From positions 14,199-78,198 of the forward strand of contig JBKPLP010000155.1 in assembly GCA_046731735.1 (NCBI GenBank): a stretch of 64,000 nt of DNA, given 5' to 3'. Below the pieces are notes generated by a model. The model searched no databases, had not been told where the DNA came from, and was given only the letters and a program-made list of their open reading frames with translations. This document shows, piece after piece, positions 47,146-58,929 of this stretch. Every line of letters starts with the position of its first letter. The first letter of the stretch is position 1. Source of the stretch: Acidobacteriota bacterium. GTDB lineage: Bacteria; Acidobacteriota; Vicinamibacteria; Vicinamibacterales; 2-12-FULL-66-21. The translations under genes were made by a program, and so were the position numbers.

Positions 47146-47216
47146 GTGGACCTACCTTGTAAATGAGTCTGAGGCCCTCCTTTTAACACGCCTGGGCTGG
47201 CTCGTAAAGCCGGTTG

Positions 47217-47648
47217 TCACCCGATGAAGAGCGGATCCTCCTCCTCGGAGGTTCGCCGGGCGCCGGGGTCGGCCTCGCGCAGGGTGCGGAGGGCCCCCAG
47301 ACTGGCACGGATCGCCGCCACGATCGCCAGTCCTTCCCGCGCCGGCGTGACAATCGCGTCTTGCACGATCGCCGCCGTCTGCTCGACGCGCACCGACAAA
47401 TCCGTCACCAGACGATCGACTTTCTGCGCCTGCGCAGTCGCAAGCGCAACGGTCCGCGAGGCTTCCTCCGCGATGGCGTTCGCGCGCGCGATGAGCGGCT
47501 TCACGTCCTGGTGGACGGACGCGATCAGCTGCTGCGCCTGCTTCGCCAGCCGCAGCGCCGCGATGATCGCGCCGACCTGGATGAGCGCCATCAGCAGCGT
47601 GGCGATCGCGATGACCGCGAGGAAGACGTTGGACCAGTCGTTGGTCAC
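47217..47648 (-). CDS. DUF948-like membrane protein
   Basis: N-terminal TM helix followed by long Ala/Gln-rich helices. 4-bp overlap with the upstream YtxH gene, a pairing I recognise as common. Confidence 0.55.
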   Translation of the reverse strand: MTNDWSNVFLAVIAIATLLMALIQVGAIIAALRLAKQAQQLIASVHQDVKPLIARANAIAEEASRTVALATAQAQKVDRLVTDLSVRVEQTAAIVQDAIVTPAREGLAIVAAIRASLGALRTLREADPGARRTSEEEDPLFIG

Positions 47649-47953
47649 AGAGCCTCTCCGCCGCCGGTGGCCGGACCCGGGCCGGCCGTGCCGCTTCGCG
47701 CCTGCTGGTACGCCTCGCGGCCGCGATCGATCGCGGACGAGATCGTGTCGCGCTGCCGCGTCGCGAACTCGCGTGCCTGACGCGCGGCTTCGCTCGCGCG
47801 CTCACGGCCTTCCCGCGCGCGATCGGCGAGCATGCGGCGGGTCTCCTCACCCGAGGTCGGCGCCATCAGCAGCGCGACCGCCGCGCCGGTGACCGCCCCA
47901 AGGACAAACGCAATTACCACCGTTCCCGCCGCGCCGCCGTCGTCTCTCGCCAT
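47645..47953 (-). CDS. YtxH domain protein
   Basis: GAVTGAAVALLMAPTSGEETRRML is the typical YtxH N-terminus. Confidence 0.65.
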   Translation of the reverse strand: MARDDGGAAGTVVIAFVLGAVTGAAVALLMAPTSGEETRRMLADRAREGRERASEAARQAREFATRQRDTISSAIDRGREAYQQARSGTAGPGPATGGGEAL

Positions 47954-47967
47954 GGCCTCTCTCCCAC

Positions 47968-49008
47968 TCAGAAAATGCTGACCCTGACATTCAGGTACTT
48001 CTTCGGATCCTTGCGTATGTCACCGATGAGGCTCCGAAGCTCATTCGCCGCGCCGTTCATGTTCTCATATAACTGCTTGTCGTGGAGCAACTGGCCGGCG
48101 CTGCCCTGTCCCTGCTCGAGGTCGGTCGTCAGCTTGTCAATGCGCGACGCAATCGAATTGAACCGATCGTAGAGCTGCTGATCCGTCAGCAGCTTGCCCG
48201 CCGTTCCTTCACCCCGCGACAGCCGTCCCGTCACCTGATCGAGGTTGGCGGTTGCCGAGGTCAGCGACTTCGCCAGCTGCTCGTCGCGCAGCAGGCGCCC
48301 GATGCTGCCTTCGCCCGCGTTGATCCGGCGGGTCAACTCCTGCAGATTCGCGAGCGCGGCGTTGGCGCGGTCGTAGGCGACGGGATCGCGAATCAGTCTG
48401 CCGAGTGTGCCGTTGCCTCGATTGATGGATTCGGCGACCGCCTGGGTCGACGCGACCAGCTCGTTCAGCTCGCGATACATCTGATCATCAGTGAAGAGTT
48501 TTCCCACCGTTCCCTGCCCCGCCCTGATCTGCTTGATCAGCCCGGTCGCCTGCTCGAGCGTCTGCGTCGCGTTCTCCGCCACGTCCGCGATCTGTCCCGG
48601 TGTGCGCGCGCTCTGGATGAAATCGCCGTCCTTCAGCGGTTTCCCCGCCGACGACGGGCTGATCTCGATGATCGGCTCCCCCAGCAGGCTCAGCGAGCCG
48701 ATCGACGCGCGTGACTGTTCGGTGATGCGGCTCTGGTTCTCGTCGTTCACCTTCATGGTGACCTGAACTTCGGCGCCGACGAAATCGACCGAGGTGACCT
48801 TGCCGACATCCACGCCCGCGACACGCACCACGGCGCCCGACTTGATGCCCTGGACATTCTTGAAGGTCGTCCGCAGTTTGTAGGTCCCGGCGAAGAACCC
48901 ACCCTGCCCTCCGACGGCGATGATCACCATGATCGCGAGAACCAGCGCGACCACCGCGACGATGCCGATTTTCAGTTCCGCCCAGGCAAGCGATCGTGTG
49001 CGTGGCAT
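47968..49008 (-). CDS. mlaD: MlaD/MCE family protein with five ~33-aa C-terminal repeats
   Basis: Trimmed to MPRTRSLAWAELKIG. MCE domain, then five repeats of G-x-G-[TS]-x-G-[KRQ]-L-[FIL]-x-D-x-x-x-Y. Confidence 0.8.
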   Translation of the reverse strand: MPRTRSLAWAELKIGIVAVVALVLAIMVIIAVGGQGGFFAGTYKLRTTFKNVQGIKSGAVVRVAGVDVGKVTSVDFVGAEVQVTMKVNDENQSRITEQSRASIGSLSLLGEPIIEISPSSAGKPLKDGDFIQSARTPGQIADVAENATQTLEQATGLIKQIRAGQGTVGKLFTDDQMYRELNELVASTQAVAESINRGNGTLGRLIRDPVAYDRANAALANLQELTRRINAGEGSIGRLLRDEQLAKSLTSATANLDQVTGRLSRGEGTAGKLLTDQQLYDRFNSIASRIDKLTTDLEQGQGSAGQLLHDKQLYENMNGAANELRSLIGDIRKDPKKYLNVRVSIF

Positions 49009-49015
49009 AAAAGTC

Positions 49016-49870
49016 CTAGGACAGAAACGCGTGAATATACGGATCGCGCGCCGCCATCTCGCGCAGCTCGCTGGCATTGCCCTCGAACCCGATGCGGCCG
49101 TCTTTCAGCATGATGAACTCCGCTTCGTCCGCCTTGCGCGGCGGTGCTTTCTCGATGTGCAATTCCTCGCTCGCCCGCACCGCCATGTGCTCGGCGACGA
49201 AGAACGCATCGCGGAGCTGATGCGTCACGACAATGGAGCTGACCCCCTCGAGGTCGCGCAGCTTGATGATCTCCTCGTCGATAGTCAGCGACGTAATCGG
49301 ATCGAGCCCCGTCGTCGGCTCGTCGTAGAGCAGAATTCGGGGCTTGGCGGTCATCGCCCGCGCGATGGCGACGCGGCGCCGCTGGCCGCCTGACAGCTCC
49401 GACGGCATCCGGTCGATGAACTCCGAGAGGCGCACGAACCCGAGGACCTCCTTGACGCGTTGGTCGACGGCGTCGAGGGGCACATCCGACTCTTCGAACA
49501 GCTTGTAGCCGACATTCTCGCGCACGGTGAGCGAATCGAACAGCGCCCCTTCCTGGAAGACCATGCCCAGATCGGCCCGCACCTTCATCAGGTCGTCTTC
49601 CTTCATGTTGTCGACGCGCTCGCCATTGACGAAAATCGCCCCGGCATCGGGCCGCAGCAACCCCAGAATCAGCCGCAGGATCGTCGATTTTCCCGCACCG
49701 CTGGCGCCGAGAAAAATCTTCGTATGCCCCGTCTTCAACGTGAACGACACGTCGCGAAGGATCTCCTTGTCGTCGAACGCGAGGCTGACGCGGTCGAATA
49801 CGACGATCGGTCCGCCAGGGCCAAGCGCGTCCTCGAGCAGCGGCGATCGGGGGGCCTGCTGAATCGGCAT
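49016..49870 (-). CDS. mlaF: ABC transporter ATP-binding protein (MlaF-like)
   Basis: Trimmed to MPIQQAPRSP. Walker A GASGAGKST, signature LSGGQRRRV, Walker B LLYDEPT. Confidence 0.9.
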   Translation of the reverse strand: MPIQQAPRSPLLEDALGPGGPIVVFDRVSLAFDDKEILRDVSFTLKTGHTKIFLGASGAGKSTILRLILGLLRPDAGAIFVNGERVDNMKEDDLMKVRADLGMVFQEGALFDSLTVRENVGYKLFEESDVPLDAVDQRVKEVLGFVRLSEFIDRMPSELSGGQRRRVAIARAMTAKPRILLYDEPTTGLDPITSLTIDEEIIKLRDLEGVSSIVVTHQLRDAFFVAEHMAVRASEELHIEKAPPRKADEAEFIMLKDGRIGFEGNASELREMAARDPYIHAFLS

Positions 49871-50643
49871 CAGTACATCAATGCGATGAGGAGCTTGGTC
49901 ACGAAAAAGTCGACCGCGATGACCGCGACCGATGCGGCGACGACCGCGTTCGTCGTTGCCCGCCCCACCCCCTGCGTGCCGCCGTGCGTGCGCATGCCGA
50001 CGTGACAGCCGATACTCGTGATCGTGAAGCCGATGAAAAATGGTTTGATCAGTCCCATCCAGACGTCCTGAATGTAGAGCCCGTTGACGACGCTGTTCCA
50101 GTACACGCTGGACGCGACCTTCAGCTGCGTCACGGTGACGATCCACCCGCCGACCATCCCGATGCCGCCCGAGACGACGGTGAGCAGCGGCACCATGATC
50201 AGTCCGGCGAGGATGCGCGGCAGGACGAGCTTCCGCATCGGATCGCTGCCCAGCGCACGCAGCGCGGCAATCTGCTCGGTCACCATCATCGACCCCAGCT
50301 CCGCGGCGATCCCCGAGCCGACGCGCCCCGCGACCATCAATCCGGTCAGCACCGGCCCGAGCTCCTTGACCATCGAGGCGCTCACCAGCCGTCCCACCAT
50401 CGACCGGGCGCCGAACTGATCGAGCGTAAACCCGGACTGCAGCGCGAGCACCATGCCGGTGAACATCCCGGTCAGCAATACGACGGTCAGCGACCCGACG
50501 CCAATGGTTTCGAATTGCTCCACGATGTCGCGGAAGTAGAACGGCCGGGTGACGCAGGCGCGCGCCACCTTGCCGACCATCAGCACGTATTCCTGGACTT
50601 CGAGCAGGGCCGATTTGGCCCAGGTCTGGACGAGCGCGACCAT
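49870..50643 (-). CDS. mlaE: ABC transporter permease (MlaE-like)
   Basis: 257 aa, multi-TM, with the conserved MVTEQIAALRALG motif. Confidence 0.88.
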   Translation of the reverse strand: MVALVQTWAKSALLEVQEYVLMVGKVARACVTRPFYFRDIVEQFETIGVGSLTVVLLTGMFTGMVLALQSGFTLDQFGARSMVGRLVSASMVKELGPVLTGLMVAGRVGSGIAAELGSMMVTEQIAALRALGSDPMRKLVLPRILAGLIMVPLLTVVSGGIGMVGGWIVTVTQLKVASSVYWNSVVNGLYIQDVWMGLIKPFFIGFTITSIGCHVGMRTHGGTQGVGRATTNAVVAASVAVIAVDFFVTKLLIALMY

Positions 50644-52656
<2,013 letters not shown>

Positions 52657-52680
52657 CGTGATCTGAACAGCGTACCACAG

Positions 52681-53622
52681 CTACTTCCCGTCTTTTTGTG
52701 ACTTCAGGAGCGGCGCGTAGTAGCCCCGGCGCGTACGCAGCTTGACGTCTTTGAGATCGGGTCGCTTGAGCCGGATGTCCACGGTGCGCCACGCGCCATT
52801 GGTGCGCGGGTCGGTCGAGGTGTAGCCCAGGCTGTATCGCGCCGCAATCTCGCGCTCGATCTTGTCGTACATCTTCTCGACTTCTTTGACGCTGGTCGGG
52901 AAGAGGGCAAGGCCACCGGTCGTCTGTGAAAACTGCGACAGTTCCATCTGCAGTTGCATGCGCGACGAGCTGCGCTGATGTTCGAGATAGCCGACCACGT
53001 AGACGGTGACATCCGCGGCCTTCAGCAGATCGAGCACTTCGTTGAGCGTGAGCGTGCTGCGCGTGTCGCCGCCGTCGGTGTACATGATCAGGACCTTCTG
53101 GCCGTCCTGTTCCGCCGTGCCGCCGATGTACTGGCCGAGCGCGTCATACAGGGCGGTGTAGCCGTCGGTCTTGCGCCCGCGGATCCGCTCGATCAGGTGG
53201 TCGTAGCGGCTCTGCTCGTAGCGCGCCACGCGGATTTCGGTATCGAAATCGACGAGCGTGATGTCCTGCGCGCGGTCCATCTTGTTGAGGAACTTGATCG
53301 CCGCGGTGCGCACATCCTTGATGTCCTCTTCCATGCTGCCGCTGGCGTCGAGGAGGAACCCGATGTGGAGCGGCGGCGCCTTCTCAGGGTCGCCCGCCGC
53401 GAAGAACTTGATCGTCTGCGGCTTCCCTTCCTCCCGGACTTCGAAGTCGTCCGCGGTGAGCCCGGTCACCGGTATGCCGTGCTTGTCCGTGACGACGATC
53501 GCGAAGTTGACGAGATCGGCCTGGGAGCGGAACGTCGGCACCTGTTGCGCGAGAACAAACGTCGACGCGAGCACAACGCTCGCGCACGACACGCCAAGGC
53601 CGTTCATGGGGTACCTCAACAC
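52681..53622 (-). CDS. VWA domain-containing protein (Acidobacteria-type VWFA-related domain)
   Basis: Signal peptide, then ...FRSQADLVNFAIVVTDKHGIPVTGLTADDFEVREEGKPQ and the MIDAS motif DASGSM. Confidence 0.8.
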   Translation of the reverse strand: MLRYPMNGLGVSCASVVLASTFVLAQQVPTFRSQADLVNFAIVVTDKHGIPVTGLTADDFEVREEGKPQTIKFFAAGDPEKAPPLHIGFLLDASGSMEEDIKDVRTAAIKFLNKMDRAQDITLVDFDTEIRVARYEQSRYDHLIERIRGRKTDGYTALYDALGQYIGGTAEQDGQKVLIMYTDGGDTRSTLTLNEVLDLLKAADVTVYVVGYLEHQRSSSRMQLQMELSQFSQTTGGLALFPTSVKEVEKMYDKIEREIAARYSLGYTSTDPRTNGAWRTVDIRLKRPDLKDVKLRTRRGYYAPLLKSQKDGK

Positions 53623-53669
53623 TACGAGACCACGGAAGCCACGTAGCCGTCGCCTTCATGGCCTCTCAG

Positions 53670-56231
53670 TTAGAACACTTTGACCGCGCTGATTCTGTAC
53701 ACCTGCGTGCCGAGCGAGCCGTTGGTGTTGACGCCGCGGAATCCGTAGCCCCATTCGAGCGCGAGCAGCGTCCCGAACGGCGCGGGAGCTTCGACTGCGC
53801 CTCCGACACCCGTGTAGTTGCGCAGCCCCCGGCCGAATCCGGGATCGTGCGCCCACGCCGAATCGAAGAACCCATCGACGCGCACCAGTTTCGACACGCC
53901 CCACGCCAGAGCGGTTCGCACGACCGCTCCTCGATCGTACCGGATCAGCGCCGAGGGATAGCCGCGCAGGCGGTTGTCGAATGTGCCGAACGAATACCGG
54001 CTGAAGCGATCGAGGTCCTTGCCGGCCATCCAGGCAGCCTCGGCACGCGCGACGAGATGCGGCGTGACGACGGCTGAGCGCGCGAGCGTCGCGCCGTAAC
54101 GCTGAAAGTCGCGTTGCGCGGGGTCGTACTCGCCCGGCCGGTCGCGCCCCCACGCGCGCCAGCCCGTGCGCCGCGCACCGTTCCACCAGATCGAGCCGTT
54201 CCAGCCGGCGCGCTGCACGTCCAGCCCCAGCCGCACCCCGTGCACGACCTGATCGGCCGGGACGCTGAAGTCGATCGCCGTTTGATCGCCGCGTGCGAGG
54301 TGAGTGTAATCCAGGTCGTAGCCCGCGCGTATCGAGATGCGCGGGGTCAACGGTCGCAGCAGCCACACCGATGCCGCCGCGGGGCGCTGCCGGATGTCTT
54401 CTACGTAAATCTCGCGCCCATTCACGAACGCGCGATCGTTGTACGAGGACGCGATACCGAACGCGCGGCCGGCGAGCTGCCAGCGGCTTCCGCCCAGCGA
54501 GGGAATGGAGAACGCGAGCTGCCCGTACGTGCCGCCGAAGAACCCATTGAACTGGGTGCCGGTGTTGAACAGGTTGAAATCGACGTAACTGATGCCGGCA
54601 AACGGCAGCGGCACCGAGATGTTCGGATCGATGATCACGCCGCCAATCAGCGTACGGACGCGATTGGCCCGGCCGGCAATCTCCGGTGCATCCTTGCCGG
54701 GCTCGGTTTCCTTTTTGAGATAGCGAAAGCCCTGCGGCGTGTCGCGGAGCATCAGCGCCGCTTCACCATAGGCGCGGGTCCGTCGCTCGTTCAGGTCCGG
54801 CGGATTCACCTCGGTGCGGCTGATTGCCAGCACGCGGTGGATCGGGGTCCGATGCGCCGCGCCTTCGTACATCTGGCGTACGTCGGAACGTGCGAGCAGC
54901 CAGATGCCGGGCTGCACCTGGCTGAATTCGTCCGTCTGCTCGGACGCCACGATGGCGCCGCGAAGGCCCGTTTGCGCCGCGGCCACCTTCAGCATCGCGA
55001 AGGAATCCATCGCAATCCATGCCTGGCCGCGGAAAAGGGGCCGGCTGTTCTCCCGAGGATTGGGATCCGGCTCGAACGCCACGACGTAACACGGCGTTCC
55101 CGCGACCGTATCGCGGCCCGCCAAGCGATACTGATAGCGGTTCGTCAGCTCGATGGCCAGCGGCGGCGAAGCGACCCGTTCGGGCTCGATAATTGGCAGG
55201 CGCGGGATCGCCTTGCCGCTGAACGCAATCCCGTTGACTCGAATCGCGCGCTGCTCGATCTCCGTCCTGTCCCGCCCGGTGTAAATCGTCGTGTCAGAAC
55301 TGATCGAGACGGGCGCGGGGAAGCCGGGCGCCTCGAACGTCAGCGTCAGCGTGCCGATCGCGATCAGTTCGTGGACGATCGCCGCCTGGCGCGCCGCGGC
55401 CGCCTGGTGCCGCGCGACGATTTCCTCGACGGTCAGCGCGCGCGATCCAACCACCTCGACATTCTCACCGACCCGCTCGCCGGCTGGCTGCGTCGGCTCG
55501 ACGCCGGCAGGGAGCGCCGCGACGCGCGCGAGCTCGGTCGCGAGCGGTGCGGCGGCCGCCGGATCGTCCGGCAGGCGCCACAGCCAATGGGTGACCCCAG
55601 GCGCGCTCTTCGTCAAGGCGAGCACGTCCGGCACCGACGCGGACGGTGAGGCAACCGCGCGCCAGATCTCCGTGCCCGGCGCGTCGAACGGGTCGCGGCC
55701 ATTGACCACGACGAAGTCGACATAGGAACCGAGTTCGCGCGCGAGCACGAACGTCATCGTCGGGACGTCCGCGGCCAGTCCGAGCATCAGCGTCGCCGGG
55801 GCCGCGGCGCGGATCGCGGTCAGCCGCGTCTTCAGCCCGAACACGTATTCGTCAGGGGCCTCGCCGGCGCGAGGACCCTCGATGCCTATCACCACGCGGC
55901 GCGCGGCAGCCACGAGCTCGGGGGCAGGGCTCGTTTGTGGGAGTGCCGTCACGAGGAGGCCCGGGCGCCCTCCACGCTTCTCAATCGACGCCAGGGCTTC
56001 AGCGGCGGTCGCCTCGGAGCCGGGGGCGACGCGGACGAGCACCTCCATCCCGTCGAGTTCCGCTGGAAGCAGCGAGACCTGCTCGGGGGACACGGAAAGC
56101 GCCACGCAAGCCGCGCAGGCGGCCCCTTGGGCTGCGGCGCCCGGCACGAAGGGTGACGCCAGCAGGACGGTCGCGGCGAGGAACAGCGAAACGGGTAACT
56201 CGGCCACGGCGTATAATGTCCGTTTGGTCAT
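53670..56231 (-). CDS. large secreted protein with C-terminal outer-membrane beta-barrel (Omp85/surface-antigen-like), function unknown
   Basis: 853 aa with a signal peptide, alternating beta-strand pattern in the C-terminal half, and a terminal ...YRISAVKVF (aromatic C-terminus). Confidence 0.5.
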   Translation of the reverse strand: MTKRTLYAVAELPVSLFLAATVLLASPFVPGAAAQGAACAACVALSVSPEQVSLLPAELDGMEVLVRVAPGSEATAAEALASIEKRGGRPGLLVTALPQTSPAPELVAAARRVVIGIEGPRAGEAPDEYVFGLKTRLTAIRAAAPATLMLGLAADVPTMTFVLARELGSYVDFVVVNGRDPFDAPGTEIWRAVASPSASVPDVLALTKSAPGVTHWLWRLPDDPAAAAPLATELARVAALPAGVEPTQPAGERVGENVEVVGSRALTVEEIVARHQAAAARQAAIVHELIAIGTLTLTFEAPGFPAPVSISSDTTIYTGRDRTEIEQRAIRVNGIAFSGKAIPRLPIIEPERVASPPLAIELTNRYQYRLAGRDTVAGTPCYVVAFEPDPNPRENSRPLFRGQAWIAMDSFAMLKVAAAQTGLRGAIVASEQTDEFSQVQPGIWLLARSDVRQMYEGAAHRTPIHRVLAISRTEVNPPDLNERRTRAYGEAALMLRDTPQGFRYLKKETEPGKDAPEIAGRANRVRTLIGGVIIDPNISVPLPFAGISYVDFNLFNTGTQFNGFFGGTYGQLAFSIPSLGGSRWQLAGRAFGIASSYNDRAFVNGREIYVEDIRQRPAAASVWLLRPLTPRISIRAGYDLDYTHLARGDQTAIDFSVPADQVVHGVRLGLDVQRAGWNGSIWWNGARRTGWRAWGRDRPGEYDPAQRDFQRYGATLARSAVVTPHLVARAEAAWMAGKDLDRFSRYSFGTFDNRLRGYPSALIRYDRGAVVRTALAWGVSKLVRVDGFFDSAWAHDPGFGRGLRNYTGVGGAVEAPAPFGTLLALEWGYGFRGVNTNGSLGTQVYRISAVKVF

Positions 56232-56251
56232 GGTCGTTCACCGTTCCTGAC

Positions 56252-57679
56252 ATGCGCGTCTTTGCAATCTGCCAGGACGAGCTCGTCATAAGGTCGCTCG
56301 ACACCGTTCTGCTGCCCAGCTTCGAGGTCGATTTCCTCGTCGAAAGCCGACCGCTCGCCCGCCGGCTCCACGACGCCGGGATTGAGGCAAGCGCCGGCGA
56401 CCCCCGGCGCATCGACACCTACCTGAAAGCGGACATCTCCCCCAACACCTGTTTCATCGTCGAGGACAACGGCCGCCGCAGCGTGAAAAAAGTGTTGTCG
56501 GCGATCCGCGATGCGGGCGGCACTCTCGTTTACGTTCTGCATACCTCCCCGGGTAAGACCGCGGATGCGATGCGCGCGGAGTTTCCCGACGTCACCCATC
56601 TGGATCTCCCTGAACTCATCCGGCCAACCCTGGTCACCGAGCTCAGCCGCTCGCTGACTCGGGCCCGCGTCCAGCAGTACCAGCGGTACTTCGCCGACGC
56701 CGACAAAGTCCTGATCCTCCTGCATAACGAGCCGGATCCCGACGCGCTGGCCAGCGGGCTGGCGCTGCGGAACCTGCTTCGCCGCACAAAGACTACTGCA
56801 ATCATCGGGGCAATCCAGGGAGTGACGCGGCCGGAAAACCTGCGTATGGCGAACATGCTCGACATCCATGTCGAGAAAGTCACGCCGGCTCACTTCGGCG
56901 AATTCGATCGCATCGCCACCGTGGACGTCCAGCCGCACTATTTCGGCGGAATGCTGGATCGGGTGGATCTCGTAGTCGACCACCACCCTGAACAGACCGG
57001 ATACAGCGCTGCCTACAAGGACATCCGCGCTGATTACGGGTCGACCTCGACCATCCTGACGGAGCATCTGCGCGCGGTCGACGTGAACATCTCGGAGCGC
57101 ACGGCGACCGCGATGCTGTATGCAATCAAGTCGGACACGTTGTTTTTTGCGCGTCATACGAATCGCGTCGACCTGGAAGCGTTCACCTTCCTCTATCCAT
57201 TGGCGGACGCCGCGCTCATCCGGAAGATGGAGGGAGCAGAAATCACGCTGGACCGCCTCGAATACGTCACCCGCGCAAGCCAGGGCGGGATCATGAAGGA
57301 GCAGGTGTTCAGCGCCTTCATCGGCGAGGCGCCGCGCGAGGATTTCATTCCCTACACCGCCGATTTCTTCCTGCAGCTGGAAGACGTCAAATGGACGATC
57401 ATTGCCGGCGTCGTCGCCGGCTCGATGATCATCAGCGTGCGCAACCTCGGCTACTCACGGAACGCCGGCGAGTTCGTGAAACGCTGGTTCTCGGATATCG
57501 GCAACGCGGGCGGTCATCGTGCCATGGCGAAGGCGGTCATCCCGATTGAGAAGTTCCGTGAAAAATTCGGCGAGCTGCACGGTCCGTCAATCACCGCCCG
57601 GATCGCCGAGATCGCCGAGCAGTTCCTGCACGAGCCGATGGCGGAAAAGAAGCCGAGAGAGCCGACCCCGACGCGTTGA
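56252..57679 (+). CDS. DHH/DHHA1 family phosphoesterase with N-terminal regulatory domain
   Basis: Trimmed to MRVFAICQDE. Motifs HNEPDPDALAS, DHH (VVDHHP) and GGHRAMA. Confidence 0.8.
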   Translation: MRVFAICQDELVIRSLDTVLLPSFEVDFLVESRPLARRLHDAGIEASAGDPRRIDTYLKADISPNTCFIVEDNGRRSVKKVLSAIRDAGGTLVYVLHTSPGKTADAMRAEFPDVTHLDLPELIRPTLVTELSRSLTRARVQQYQRYFADADKVLILLHNEPDPDALASGLALRNLLRRTKTTAIIGAIQGVTRPENLRMANMLDIHVEKVTPAHFGEFDRIATVDVQPHYFGGMLDRVDLVVDHHPEQTGYSAAYKDIRADYGSTSTILTEHLRAVDVNISERTATAMLYAIKSDTLFFARHTNRVDLEAFTFLYPLADAALIRKMEGAEITLDRLEYVTRASQGGIMKEQVFSAFIGEAPREDFIPYTADFFLQLEDVKWTIIAGVVAGSMIISVRNLGYSRNAGEFVKRWFSDIGNAGGHRAMAKAVIPIEKFREKFGELHGPSITARIAEIAEQFLHEPMAEKKPREPTPTR

Positions 57680-57687
57680 AGGAAGTT

Positions 57688-57752
57688 TAGCCCCGGCTTT
57701 TGGCGGCCCATAACGGCCGCCCCACGAGTAGGCCGGGGCTTTATGCCCCGGC
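57688..57752. repeat. GC-rich REP-like hairpin cluster
   Basis: TAGCCCCGGC...GGCGGCC-cataac-GGCCGCC...GCCGGGGC-tttat-GCCCCGGC. The last hairpin overlaps the stop codon of the 57741 gene. Same family as 30576-30595. Confidence 0.8.
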
Positions 57753-58913
57753 GACTCCGCCGAGCGCCTGATCGAGATCGGCGATCAGATCCTCAGGGTC
57801 TTCCAGCCCGACCGAAAGACGCGCCATGCTGTGCGTGACACCCGCACGCTCCAGCTCCTCCTCCGTGTGTCCCCACTGTGACGTCAAGACCGGCAGGCTG
57901 CACAGGCTCTCGACGCCGCCCAGGCTCGCGGCACGACGGAAGACGCTCAAGCGGTCGAAGAATTGCGCGGCGCGATCGTAGCCCCCTCCGACGTCGACGC
58001 AAAGCATTCCGCCGAATCCCCGCATCTGTTTCTTCGCAATCGCATGGTCCGGATGCTGTTCGAGGCCCGGGTAGTACACCGCGACGACACGCTTGTCGGA
58101 TGCCAGCCATCGCGCGACCGCCATCGCGTTGGCGTTGTGTCGTTCCATGCGCACGGCGAGCGTCTTGAGGCCGCGGCCGAGCGCGTATGCGGCGTAGGGG
58201 TCGAGGATGGTGCCGAGTTTCTTGCGCGCGTCGAGAATCGGCCCGATGAGCTGGGCCGGGCCGGCCAGCGCACCGGCGGTCACGTCGCTGTGCCCGTTGA
58301 GGTATTTGGTCGCGCTGTGCATCACCAAATCGACGCCGAGCGCGATTGGCTGCTGATTGATTGGGCTGGCGAACGTGTTGTCGATGACGGAGATCACGCC
58401 GCGCGCCGTGCACGCCCGTGCGACCGCGGCGATGTCGACGCATCGCAGGGTCGGGTTGATCGGCGACTCGAACCAGACAAGCTTCGTCGCCGGTGAGAAC
58501 AGCGATTCAGGCTGGGCGAGCTGTTGCAGCGAGACGAAGCGCGGTTTGACACCAAACTTCGTCAACAGGTCCGCCAGCAGGTGCAGCGTGCCGCCATAGA
58601 TCGCCGAACTGCACACGATTTCGTCGCCTGCTGCGGCAAGCCCCATCAACGCGGTGGTCGTCGCCGCCTGGCCGCTCGACAGCACCAGCGCTGCTTCCGT
58701 CCCTTCGAGCGCGGCGATCTTCTCCTCGACCGGCGTAATCGTCGGATTGGCGTACCGCGTGTAGAGGAACTTCGAAGACTTCCCCTCGTTGTACGCGCGT
58801 ACCTCGTCCGCGTTTTCGAAGATGAACGTCGTGGTTTCGTAGATCGGAGTGGTGAGGGGTTCGGCGCTGCGGTTGACGCCTTCCCCGCGGATCAATTGAG
58901 TGGCTGGTTTCAT
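57741..58913 (-). CDS. Cys/Met-metabolism PLP-dependent enzyme (cystathionine gamma-synthase/lyase or sulfhydrylase family)
   Basis: Trimmed to MKPATQLIRGEG. Motifs TPIYETTTF, YTRYANPT and SATKYLNGHSD (PLP lysine). Confidence 0.85.
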   Translation of the reverse strand: MKPATQLIRGEGVNRSAEPLTTPIYETTTFIFENADEVRAYNEGKSSKFLYTRYANPTITPVEEKIAALEGTEAALVLSSGQAATTTALMGLAAAGDEIVCSSAIYGGTLHLLADLLTKFGVKPRFVSLQQLAQPESLFSPATKLVWFESPINPTLRCVDIAAVARACTARGVISVIDNTFASPINQQPIALGVDLVMHSATKYLNGHSDVTAGALAGPAQLIGPILDARKKLGTILDPYAAYALGRGLKTLAVRMERHNANAMAVARWLASDKRVVAVYYPGLEQHPDHAIAKKQMRGFGGMLCVDVGGGYDRAAQFFDRLSVFRRAASLGGVESLCSLPVLTSQWGHTEEELERAGVTHSMARLSVGLEDPEDLIADLDQALGGVAGA

Positions 58914-58929
58914 GGCTTGCCGCGAAAGG

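Noticed and set aside
56232-56251. A 20-bp divergent spacer between the beta-barrel protein gene and the DHH gene, as a shared bidirectional promoter.
   Set aside because: It is too short to evaluate and no recognisable -10 or -35 element is present. The promoters probably lie inside the neighbouring coding regions, or the chosen starts are slightly off.
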